A DNA stretch of 64,000 bases, from positions 1-64,000 of the forward strand of contig JANOAV010000181.1 of NCBI GenBank assembly GCA_031411295.1. The letters run 5' to 3'. Source of the stretch: Verrucomicrobiales bacterium. Lineage in GTDB: Bacteria > Verrucomicrobiota > Verrucomicrobiia > Verrucomicrobiales > V1-33. How positions within the stretch are numbered: position 1 is the stretch's first letter; every line of letters begins with the position of its first letter. Positions 55,387-64,000 of the stretch are shown here, piece by piece. The position numbers were made by a program, and so were the translations under genes. A model generated the notes under the pieces. The model saw only the letters and a list, made by a program, of their open reading frames with translations. It was not told where the DNA came from and made no database searches.

Positions 55387-57777
55387 ATGAATATCACAAA
55401 GCGCAAACCATCACCAGCATCAATCCTCGCAGCCACCGCGTTAAGCTTAGCGTGCTGCGCTCAGGGGCAGGAGGATGCAGCCTCGCCACCGCCCGCCAAT
55501 ACCGTGGAACTGGCCGAACGTCAGCAAGCCGAGGCCGCGCTCAGCCGTCTGAGTGCGAAGTCCGCCGAGTATTACAAGAATTACGCGACTCGCCCGCAAA
55601 TTCGCCACACCATTTTACGTGCCCCTGAAATCTTGCTGTCCCCAGCGGAGGAGCTGGAGCAGGAGAAATCCGTTGAGCCGCCGCAACGACAGTCACGTGC
55701 GCGGACCTCACGGGCGGAATTCACGCAACCGGACGTAGTTTACTCCAAAAATGGCGTGCTGGATCTAACGCTGGAGGCGGCCTATGCTCGTAACAAGATC
55801 GGGGAGGATCCAGTGTATCTCCGAGCGTTCAACGGCAAGCTGGTCGGACCGACGCTGCGAGTCAAACCGGGAGACACCCTGCGGATCACACTGAAGAACT
55901 CCCTGTCGGGCGAGCGCTGGACCCCGAACATGATGAATACGTTGAACGAGTTCAATACCACAAATTTGCACTATCATGGACTGCATGTTTCACCCAACGG
56001 AATCAGTGACAACGTTTTGATCCAGGTTGGTCCGCAACAAACGCAACAGTATGAAGTTCACATCCCGCTCGACCATACCCCGGGAACCTACTGGTATCAC
56101 CCGCATCGCCACGGTTCCACGGCAGGCAACGTTAGCAGTGGTATGTCTGGAGCCATTATTATCGAAGGAGGTCTGGATGAGATCCCGGAAATCAAAGCAG
56201 CCAAAGAGCGTGTCATGGTGCTGAATCAAATCCCCTACATCTATAAGAATACGTTGGATGATCCCACCAGCACCAAAGAAAACCCTAAGCCCCAGAAGAA
56301 ATTTGATTTAAAAGAGGGCCGGATCGAAGCGAAGTATGCCGACTATATTTTCAGCCCCCGCGATTGGGCCGCGCTGGGGCGATACACCACCGTCAATGGG
56401 GTGCAACTTCCAGTGATTCATCTGCGGCCCGGGCAGATTGAGCGCTGGCGCATAGTTGATAGTGGACAGCGGGAAATGATCATGCTTAAAATTATCGCTG
56501 CTCCGAAAGCCGCACCGATTGCGTCCCCGGAGATCAAGTTTCATGAGATTGCGGTGGACGGTCTGGCGCTGGGTAAAGCGGTCGAAAAATCAACCCTGGA
56601 ACTCTGGCCAGGCTATCGTTCAGAGGTGCTCGTCCAAGCCCCGGCTGTTCCAGGCGAGTATTATCTGATTGATGATTCCATGACGGGAGTTGGAACCATA
56701 AGTGGGCAGGATAAGCCGCTCAGCTACGTAGCTCGGATCGTGATCGACGGGGCACCCATGGTCATGAAATGGCCCACCAACGAGCAAATGGCCCAGCTGC
56801 GCTTACCTGCCATCAAGGATGAGGAAATCACCGGTCAACAAAAAGCCCAATACGGCATTTTACTGGTGGGGCAGAAACCAAATCAAAACGTTATCTTTAC
56901 CATCGATGGCAAGTCGTTCGATATGGAGACCGCTCGCACCCTTAAACTCAAGGACGTCGAGGAATGGACCGTCAGTTCCATCAACGATGTCGGTTTGGTG
57001 ACGCATCCTTTCCACATCCATGTGAATCCATTTGAGGTCACCTCCATCATGGCACCCGTGACCACTAGTGATGGAAAAGTTATTATGGAAAATGGGCAGC
57101 CCAAAATGCAGGAACAGTTGCAAGATGGCCCGGTTTGGCGGGACACGGTGAAAATCCCCGGAGGAGGATTTGTCAAGTTACGGACCCGCTATACCGATTT
57201 CATCGGAACCTTTGTCCAGCACTGCCACATTTTAGACCATGAAGATCAGGGGATGATGCAGTTGATCGATATTGTGCGGAAATTGCCCAAGACGGCGGAC
57301 AATTTACCCAAGCCCCCGGGCGTCGGTTCCGTGGCTGCCGACTTCTCGCTGCCGGATGCCAATGGGAAGATGCATTCGCTCCAGGAAATGCAGGACAAAC
57401 CGGTGGTGCTATTTTTCTTCAAAGGCCATGGTTGCCTGCATTGCGCGCAGCAAGTCACCGCTTTCATGGATCACTATGCCGCATTTGCTGAGCACGGTAT
57501 CAGCCTCATCGGCGTGACCTCCGACAGTGCAGACACTTTGATGCGCGCCTTGGCTGATTCACCCGCTCCATTTATGATCCTGGCGGATCCACAGGGCGTC
57601 GCGTTCAGCCAGTATGGCTGCGCTGCAAAAGGCGGATTGTTGCACGGAACCTTTGCCTTGAACGCCGATCACAAGGTCGCTTGGCGCACGATCGGGGCCT
57701 CCCCTTACCTGGGGGTTCAAGATCTCATTGGAAAACTCGCTCCTAATCCGAACCTCGGACCGCAAACAGAAAAATAG
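55387..57777 (+). CDS. Multicopper oxidase fused to a C-terminal AhpC/TSA-type redoxin domain
   Basis: All four Cu motifs (HYHG, WYHPH, HPFHIH, HCHILDHEDQGMM). C-terminal DFSLPD...VVLFFFKGHGCLHC. N-terminal signal peptide. Confidence 0.9.
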   Translation: MNITKRKPSPASILAATALSLACCAQGQEDAASPPPANTVELAERQQAEAALSRLSAKSAEYYKNYATRPQIRHTILRAPEILLSPAEELEQEKSVEPPQRQSRARTSRAEFTQPDVVYSKNGVLDLTLEAAYARNKIGEDPVYLRAFNGKLVGPTLRVKPGDTLRITLKNSLSGERWTPNMMNTLNEFNTTNLHYHGLHVSPNGISDNVLIQVGPQQTQQYEVHIPLDHTPGTYWYHPHRHGSTAGNVSSGMSGAIIIEGGLDEIPEIKAAKERVMVLNQIPYIYKNTLDDPTSTKENPKPQKKFDLKEGRIEAKYADYIFSPRDWAALGRYTTVNGVQLPVIHLRPGQIERWRIVDSGQREMIMLKIIAAPKAAPIASPEIKFHEIAVDGLALGKAVEKSTLELWPGYRSEVLVQAPAVPGEYYLIDDSMTGVGTISGQDKPLSYVARIVIDGAPMVMKWPTNEQMAQLRLPAIKDEEITGQQKAQYGILLVGQKPNQNVIFTIDGKSFDMETARTLKLKDVEEWTVSSINDVGLVTHPFHIHVNPFEVTSIMAPVTTSDGKVIMENGQPKMQEQLQDGPVWRDTVKIPGGGFVKLRTRYTDFIGTFVQHCHILDHEDQGMMQLIDIVRKLPKTADNLPKPPGVGSVAADFSLPDANGKMHSLQEMQDKPVVLFFFKGHGCLHCAQQVTAFMDHYAAFAEHGISLIGVTSDSADTLMRALADSPAPFMILADPQGVAFSQYGCAAKGGLLHGTFALNADHKVAWRTIGASPYLGVQDLIGKLAPNPNLGPQTEK

Positions 57778-57811
57778 ACCCAGAGGCACCACCACCAACA
57801 GCACCATCCTC

Positions 57812-58498
57812 ATGACTGAAGAATATATCATTGCCATTCCGATTTACCACGACGTGGACCTAATGGACCTCGCTGCCCCCTTTGAAATTTTTCAATGGAT
57901 GGCAGGAAATTGGCAGGAAAAACAGGTGCAAGTTTATCTGGTGGCGGAAACGTCGTCGCTCGTGAGCACCCGCGGTGGCGGAGCGGTTCCCGGCATTCTG
58001 CTCCAGCCCCATATGGTTTTCGACGAAGTGCCGCACGTTGATTTACTCTGGATTCCGGGAGGTGCGCCAGATGCCTTGGTCGAACAGATGAAGAATCCAG
58101 CGTATATTGACTTCATCCGTTCCCGGAGTCAGCACGCCCAGTATGTAACCTCTGTCTGCGAAGGAGCCTTGATTGCCGCTGATGCGGGACTCTTGGACGG
58201 TTATAAAGCCACCACGCATTGGGGATTCATTGAGTGCCTGCGCCAGAACTACCCTGCGGTGCAGGTCAGCGAAGGGTATCCTCGATTCGTTCATGATCGC
58301 AATCGGGTTACCGGCGGCGGCATTTCTTCGGGACTGGATGAAGCCATCTACCTGGTTCAACTTATCGCAGGCCAGGAAATCGCCAAGGCGGTGCAAGTGG
58401 TAATGCAATATTTCCCCAGCCCGCCAGTTAACGGAACCATCACTCCCGCCACTGGCTGCATGCTCGCAGGGCAAATTCCAGTCAATAAAACACGATAA
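57812..58498 (+). CDS. DJ-1/PfpI family protein, isocyanide-hydratase (InhA)-like
   Basis: DLMDLAAP, LWIPGG, TSVCEGAL, GLLDGYKATTHW, TGGGISSGLD. Confidence 0.88.
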   Translation: MTEEYIIAIPIYHDVDLMDLAAPFEIFQWMAGNWQEKQVQVYLVAETSSLVSTRGGGAVPGILLQPHMVFDEVPHVDLLWIPGGAPDALVEQMKNPAYIDFIRSRSQHAQYVTSVCEGALIAADAGLLDGYKATTHWGFIECLRQNYPAVQVSEGYPRFVHDRNRVTGGGISSGLDEAIYLVQLIAGQEIAKAVQVVMQYFPSPPVNGTITPATGCMLAGQIPVNKTR

Positions 58499-58544
58499 TC
58501 CTGCTCTCAGCCGACTCTACACTAACACCAACCAAAACACACCT

Positions 58545-60023
58545 ATGATCACCCGCCGAACCACCCTCAAAACCTTGGCCACAGGCATCGTCACTGCCTG
58601 CTCAGGCCAGGCCATATTTGCGCAGAACAAGTTGCGCGTCCGCCGTAATCTGCACGGCATGGCCCTGAATGATCCCGATTTGGCGACCTATCGCGACTTC
58701 GTTGGCGTCATGAAGTCCTACGATCAAACCAAGCCGCTGAGCTGGCTGGGATTCTCTTTGCAGCACGGCTCTCTGAACAATGGGGTCAAGTTTTGTCCTC
58801 ATGGAGATTGGTATTTTCTCCCTTGACATCGCGCCTACGTTTTGATGTATGAGCAGGCCGCGCAAGTGATCATGAACGCCCCAGAGTTCGCGATGCCCTA
58901 TTGGGACTGGACTGCTGATCGCGATTACCCTGAAGCTTTTAGCGACAAGCTCTACAATGGCAAACCCAATCCCCTCTATGTGCCTAATCGCAATAAGCTC
59001 GTTTCTCCCAACGATTTATCGGATGGCGTGGTTGGGCCGAACGTCATGAAAGCGATCTATCGCGAAACTGACTTTGAGGCTTTCGGAACGAGTCGTCCGA
59101 AGGACTCAAGCGGTCAGGTCCAGAACGATCTGAATCCCAAGTGGGTGCCCATGGGCGGGGGCACCCAGGGGCCGCTGGAGAATCCGCCGCACAACCAAGT
59201 GCACAACCGCATCGGGGCCTTTATGCCAACATGGGCTTCTCCCCGAGACCCAATCTTCTTTATGCACCATGGCAACATTGACCGCATCTGGGCACAATGG
59301 AATGCGCTTGGACGAAAAAATTCATCTGATTCATTATGGTTGGACATGCCTTTCACGGACAACTACATCGACCCCAATGGGCAGACTTACGCCAAAGTTG
59401 TGAAGGATCTCCAAAATACCGCTGACTTTGGATACACCTATCCCAACTTGCCGGGTCCGGATGGAATTGTGCCGCATCCAGACCGGGTCAGCGCCATGCT
59501 GGCGATGCACAAAACGAATATTGGAACCAAGATTGCAGGGGTCCAGCGAGTTACGGGCGGAACCAAGCTTCGGGCGATGGCCGTGCAGTCACTGACAGCG
59601 TCCCATGCGATGGAAGCGGGTTCACTAGATAAGGTGATCGCTCCGCTCAAAGCAGGTGAGAGGCAAAAGGAAGTATTCGCCCGGATCCTCGGCATTGAGC
59701 TTGCTGAAGGGGTGAGCCATGTCAGGGTTTTCATCAACAAAGATGGCCTCACCTTGGATACACCGGAAACGGATCCGAGTTTTGTCAGTGTGATCTCATT
59801 TCTCTCCCATCGGAGCAATGCCTTGAACGCGGCGGACCACGATGCCACGATGCCCAAACACTCGTCACTCATCAATCTAACCGAAACCATCCAGGCCCTG
59901 GGCATCAAGCAATTCGATAAGGACACCATCCATGTTCAACTCCAGCCGGTGCCCAACCCCGGGGTCCTCATCGATCAGGTCGGAGCGGTTTCGGTCGATT
60001 CCATCGAAATTGTCGTTATCTAG
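58545..60023 (+). pseudogene. Tat-exported tyrosinase / polyphenol oxidase with one in-frame TGA
   Basis: ITRRTTLK signal. CuA (QHG...CPHGDWYFLP*HR). CuB (ENPPHNQVH...PRDPIFFMHHGNIDRIW). ORFs 58545 and 58842 are in the same frame, split only by TGA at 58824-58826. Confidence 0.9.
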
Positions 60024-60065
60024 AACCTCAAGGTGTCCAACAACTTCAGCCAGTTCCGAAGCGAG

Positions 60066-60605
60066 ATGGCACTTGTGATCCGACACCCAGCCAGCTTAGG
60101 GTTACTCTTGTTCCTGGTAACCTGTCCGCTGCTGGGCTGTCGGCCCGCTGAGGTGGGCTCATCACCCAAACCGTCGGTCCCAACGCCCATCGAAACTGAA
60201 GCTGAAATGCACACTGCCACCCCTGCCAAACCGGCCCGCTGGTCACTCAAAGTTAACGCCGCAGATCTAGCCGCGCTGCAGAGTGGAACCAAGCGCTTGG
60301 TCGTCATCGTGGAGGCTTACACGCCACCAGCCGGGAGTGCGGGGGAACTCATCGTTATACTGGCTCCCACAGATCAATCCAAGCGCCAGGAACTCTGGCG
60401 CATTGGATTGCATCCGCATACGGCTTTCGATGCCAAAGCTCAATCGGGCGTCGCTAAAAAATTCTTAATGCCCATCGAGGAATTCGCAGCATTTGCAGAT
60501 GGGGAGGAATTGAAATTGGAAATCGCATTTCCGCCACCTATCTCCCCATCAAGTGCGGGGGCCGCTACCATCAAAGTTGAGTTAATCGATCCGAAGCAAC
60601 GCTAA
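60066..60605 (+). CDS. Hypothetical lipoprotein
   Basis: Hydrophobic leader with lipobox LLGC. Co-oriented directly after the tyrosinase. Start is 60033 or 60066. Confidence 0.7.
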   Translation: MALVIRHPASLGLLLFLVTCPLLGCRPAEVGSSPKPSVPTPIETEAEMHTATPAKPARWSLKVNAADLAALQSGTKRLVVIVEAYTPPAGSAGELIVILAPTDQSKRQELWRIGLHPHTAFDAKAQSGVAKKFLMPIEEFAAFADGEELKLEIAFPPPISPSSAGAATIKVELIDPKQR

Positions 60606-60680
60606 ACACAGTCAACGAACCACACGTGTCGAGTCGCAAATCCGCTCTGGTAAAATTTCCAGAATGCGTTAAGCAGGGAC

Positions 60681-61139
60681 ATGCGGATATCGAAGAAAGC
60701 AGAATATGCCTTGCGTGCCATGGTGGCGCTGGCGCGGAAGCCCATGGGGACTACTTGGCTCATCGAAGACATTTCGGAGGCTGAGCGGGTTCCTGTGAAG
60801 TTTTTGGAAGCCATCTTGTTGGAATTACGACGCGCGGACTTACTCCGCAGCCGGCGTGGGGTGGGGGGCGGCTATCAGTTGCAGCGCAACCCGGCGGACA
60901 TTCCGCTGGGAGAAATTATCCGCATTATTGATGGCACGTTTGAGCCGATTTCCTGCACCCCGGGCGATCCCGAGAAATTTGGCCGCCAGTCCTGTGAATG
61001 CGGGCAGGTTGGCGGCTGTGGTTTAGGGAAGATCTTTTGTGAATTGCAAAAGGAGGTTTACAGCTTCCTGCAGCGTAACACCGTGGCGGATGTCGTCGCT
61101 CGGGAGGCCAAGCCAGCGGATATCTCGTTCGAAATCTAA
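60681..61139 (+). CDS. Rrf2-family transcriptional regulator
   Basis: MRISKKAEYALRAM...FLEAILLELR...SRRGVGGGYQL...IIRIIDG. Cys cluster SC...CEC...C. Confidence 0.93.
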   Translation: MRISKKAEYALRAMVALARKPMGTTWLIEDISEAERVPVKFLEAILLELRRADLLRSRRGVGGGYQLQRNPADIPLGEIIRIIDGTFEPISCTPGDPEKFGRQSCECGQVGGCGLGKIFCELQKEVYSFLQRNTVADVVAREAKPADISFEI

Positions 61140-61149
61140 GCGCCCAAGT

Positions 61150-61368
61150 TCACAAGCCCACGGCCACATGGGTGGGCCGGTGCGGAGGCGTCACCTGGAT
61201 CGCTTTGTGCTCGATTTTACCCAACACTTGGTGATCGTGCTCCACCTCATGCTCCAGTTTTTCGAGCTTCTCGTGTTCCGCTCGCAGCAGGGTTTCGAGG
61301 GCCTCGATCCGGCGGGTGAGTTGTTGGATTACAGGATGTCCGGCTAGATCTAATTCAGTTGGATTCAT
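61150..61368 (-). CDS. Small His-rich coiled-coil protein
   Basis: LTRRIEALETLLRAEHEKLEKLEHEVEHDH. Fills the gap downstream of the peptidase gene. Start is 61368 or 61413. Confidence 0.6.
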   Translation of the reverse strand: MNPTELDLAGHPVIQQLTRRIEALETLLRAEHEKLEKLEHEVEHDHQVLGKIEHKAIQVTPPHRPTHVAVGL

Positions 61369-61454
61369 AACGGTTCCTTTCTTGATTGTGGTTATTTCCT
61401 TGGGGGATGCCACATTTTTACCACAAGAGAAGCTTTGCGGGAAGTAAAATCGAA

Positions 61455-63368
61455 TTATTGGTCGATCAAGGCGGGCTGCGGAGGTCGGGGCGCGGCGGGC
61501 TTCGGCGGTGCTGGTCCTCCGGCATCAGGTCCGCGCCCGCCGGAAGGTGATTCAGCATTTTCAAAATCGAATCCTGACACTTCCAACTGTTTCGTTAGTT
61601 CTGCCACCTTTTTTTCCAAGGCCTCGTTGCGGGTGCGCAGAATTTCCAGTTCTCCACGCCTTTCTCCTTTGCGGTATCGTTCCAATTCAGACTTTAGCAT
61701 TTCCTTCTCCGCCTTGATTCCCTCAATGGTGACTTCGTAAGTGGCGATGCGGTCCCGAAGGGGCTTAACGTCGGCAGTTAGTTGGGTGATCTCGCGTCTC
61801 AGCGTGGCGATCGTGGTCCCATTTTCATCAATGATGGTTTCCAGTTGTGTGATTTTCTTTAAGAGAGGCGTGGTAGTTGCGGAATCCGTCACGATTGCAG
61901 TGGGTGCGGTGGTCTGCGGTGGTGCTGGGCGCGGCCAGAAGTAGCATGCAGTGGCACCCGCTATGACGCCTGCGCATGCGGCAAGCCATGGCTTGCTGGG
62001 CTTAGGGGGCGGGACGTTAGTGATATCAGGGACAGAAGGGACGAGGTCGTCTGGCGTTAGCGCGGTATAAATTTTTCCCTCCTGGGTCTGGTAAATGGAA
62101 ACACGCTCGCCTGTTAGCGGATGTGGTGCCAGCCATTCCTTCACTGGCCAATACGGTAGGATGGTGGCGGCACTGGCTTTCCAGACGAGGTTCTTTTGGT
62201 TGGGCTTTAGTTCCGTGGCCCGATACTGGGTGCGCGTTCCGTCTGGCAAAGTCACTTCACTTTCCGAGAGCTGCTGGGTATCTTGGCGGTTGGGGAATGC
62301 TGGCGCCTTCCAGTTATCTAACAGGGAGGCTTCGCGCAGTTTTAACGTCTGCGCATCTAGCATGAACCACGCGGTTCGGTTGGTTGCAGTTACTCCCATA
62401 GGTCCCTCTTGTCCCGTAGGTCCCGTAGGTCCTTGGGAAATAATCGGCACCAGATAAAAATCATCCCGTGGGTCATCGGGATCTTTCACCAGAATAGGCT
62501 CGCCCGGCTGTCCACCTTCCAACGCAGCCTGCCAGTCTGCTGGTGACTCTGCGCGGCCATACAGTCCGTGTTCCAACGCTTGCGGCAGGGCTGCTTCGGC
62601 GGGTGATGCATACGCTGCAGCAGCAGCCACTGCGGCGGCTCCAGCGATGCCTTTTCCGCTTGTCCCTAACTTGACAGCGGCGGCGGTGCTAACTTCAGCA
62701 GGCATCAACGCGATGGCCCCCCGGCCTTCCCAGTCCGGCGTGCCTTGCAGGCCGCGTGGGCTCAGCAGTTCGTCCAGTGCCAAGTAGCGTTCATGCACGG
62801 TGCCAGCTTGATGGTCGGACTGCAGGCAGGTGCAGGCACCCTGAACGCTACTGTGGGTAAACGTTGTTTTCTCTGGATAAATGGACAGTCCGAAAAACGC
62901 AGGCATTCCTGCCCAAGCGGGATCCCGCAGCAGCACTCCGGCAGGAGTCCCGTCCTCCTTCAGCATTCGTCCGAACGCCACCACCCAATGCATTCCTTTG
63001 CTAATCAGCATCAACGCTGGTTGCCCTGCTTGCTGGATGGAACGCAGCACGAGTTCGGCTATGGGGGCGGGTTCGGGATCAAAGAACTTCTTCCAATTCC
63101 GGCCGCTTTGTTTCACTAGCAACGTCAGTAAACTCTCCGCTGGCGACTTGATGGGGCGCTTGTCGCTGGATTCTTTGGCGTATTCCCGAATGCTGCGGAA
63201 CAGCTGCGGCTGGCCTGCCATAGGCTTTGCAAGCTGCGAGCCTGTAGAGTTAGGATCAGTCTGATCTAGCACCATCATGGCACACGCCGGCCCACAGTAA
63301 CCGTTGTAGTCCTGTAGGTGGCGCGGGATGGCGAGCTTGATAGCTCCAGTAGTAATCGTTTCCGGCAT
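61455..63368 (-). CDS. C39-like papain-fold cysteine peptidase with late TM helix and coiled-coil tail
   Basis: Q-x5-CGPAC, HWVV, LLRDP (Gln/Cys/His/Asp pattern). TM WLAACAGVIAGATACYFW followed by heptad repeats. Confidence 0.75.
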   Translation of the reverse strand: MPETITTGAIKLAIPRHLQDYNGYCGPACAMMVLDQTDPNSTGSQLAKPMAGQPQLFRSIREYAKESSDKRPIKSPAESLLTLLVKQSGRNWKKFFDPEPAPIAELVLRSIQQAGQPALMLISKGMHWVVAFGRMLKEDGTPAGVLLRDPAWAGMPAFFGLSIYPEKTTFTHSSVQGACTCLQSDHQAGTVHERYLALDELLSPRGLQGTPDWEGRGAIALMPAEVSTAAAVKLGTSGKGIAGAAAVAAAAAYASPAEAALPQALEHGLYGRAESPADWQAALEGGQPGEPILVKDPDDPRDDFYLVPIISQGPTGPTGQEGPMGVTATNRTAWFMLDAQTLKLREASLLDNWKAPAFPNRQDTQQLSESEVTLPDGTRTQYRATELKPNQKNLVWKASAATILPYWPVKEWLAPHPLTGERVSIYQTQEGKIYTALTPDDLVPSVPDITNVPPPKPSKPWLAACAGVIAGATACYFWPRPAPPQTTAPTAIVTDSATTTPLLKKITQLETIIDENGTTIATLRREITQLTADVKPLRDRIATYEVTIEGIKAEKEMLKSELERYRKGERRGELEILRTRNEALEKKVAELTKQLEVSGFDFENAESPSGGRGPDAGGPAPPKPAAPRPPQPALIDQ

Positions 63369-63422
63369 GATGGCTAGTAAATAAAAGTTGTAGAACAGCT
63401 TAGAATCTCTGACTACAGTTTC

Positions 63423-63453
63423 CCTACTGGGACAGATGAGCTGTCCCAGTAGG
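63423..63453. other. Perfect 13-bp intergenic stem-loop without U-tract
   Basis: CCTACTGGGACAG-atgag-CTGTCCCAGTAGG. Confidence 0.85.
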
Positions 63454-63473
63454 TTGACCGAAATGGCTGACAG

Positions 63474-63833
63474 TTATATGGGGCGTGGCCAGGTGGATGG
63501 TCCAACCGAACCACCACCTCCTCCTGCAAGTCCATCCGCCGCCGTGTAGAAATACTCCAGCAGCGAAAGAAAGGTATCGTTGAATTCCTGATTCACTGAC
63601 GTGCTCCGTAGAGTTTCGATGGCCTCCAGCACGGTGATTACGTGCTCTCCACAGAGTTCTTTGAATGCTTCTTCGCTGGTGTTTTTACCCACGGCATCCA
63701 GCAATGATTCGCTGACGCCATTTAATGCATCACAAGCAGAGAGAGCAGTGGCTTTGTCTGCTGCGGTGGAGCGGTTGATGTAAAAGCGTAGAGCTGTGGT
63801 GCAGCCTACGAACGTGTATAATCTTTGTATCAT
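63474..63833 (-). CDS. Hypothetical helical protein with Gly-rich C-terminal tail
   Basis: 119-aa ORF with A/C-rich leader (aaccaaactaactaacatacc-ATG). Ends DGLAGGGGGSVGPSTWPRPI. Confidence 0.75.
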   Translation of the reverse strand: MIQRLYTFVGCTTALRFYINRSTAADKATALSACDALNGVSESLLDAVGKNTSEEAFKELCGEHVITVLEAIETLRSTSVNQEFNDTFLSLLEYFYTAADGLAGGGGGSVGPSTWPRPI

Positions 63834-64000
63834 GGTATGTTAGTTAGTTTGGTTTATGTTGCGGAATCGGGGTGATCGTTTGTGTTGTGAGCGCATCAGC
63901 AAATGGATGTGGGAATAGCCTGTTGGCAGGATAGTCCGCCAGCGCAGCTAATTCTGTTAAACTGTTGGCATTGCGATGCCCGCCCGGCCATAGTTTCCTG

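Noticed and set aside
58824..58826. Alternative genetic code (TGA=Trp) or selenocysteine
   Set aside because: Several genes here end in TGA at their expected C-termini (e.g. 25273, 36655, 38686), Trp is TGG elsewhere, and the position is a conserved Trp rather than Cys.
55387..63833. Single RiPP cluster joining the copper oxidases with the Gly-tail protein and peptidase
   Set aside because: The two loci are convergent, separated by an Rrf2 gene, and nothing in the sequence links them beyond proximity.
1..64000. tRNA, rRNA, IS elements or prophage
   Set aside because: I recognised no cloverleaf or rRNA signatures, transposase or integrase motifs, or phage structural genes.

Overview
A gene-dense chromosomal window from a PVC-superphylum bacterium, most likely Verrucomicrobiota. 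This is inferred from three DUF1501 genes, two planctomycete-cytochrome/DUF1549/DUF1553 genes, tandem sulfatases and two giant lamin-tail/CotH proteins. I see no rRNA, tRNA, CRISPR array or transposase. Housekeeping genes (cls, tadA, argJ, ybaB, glgB, a PhoB-like regulator, a CLC-F fluoride antiporter) are mixed with accessory loci: two ECF sigma loci, two vapBC toxin-antitoxin pairs with apparently leaderless promoters, and several REP-like palindromes with compensatory stem changes. Three lesions are visible directly: an internally deleted sterol-desaturase remnant, a 14-bp duplication that frameshifts a DUF1501 gene, and an in-frame TGA at a conserved Trp of a tyrosinase. The best candidates for undescribed systems are in the last 9 kb. 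One is a copper-oxidase cluster (multicopper oxidase-redoxin fusion, isocyanide-hydratase-like DJ-1 protein, Tat-exported plant-type polyphenol oxidase, lipoprotein). The other is a three-gene locus: a small protein ending in a Gly-rich tail, a 13-bp stem-loop, a membrane-anchored C39-like peptidase, and a His-rich coiled-coil miniprotein. Family calls come from motif recognition by eye, not database searches.
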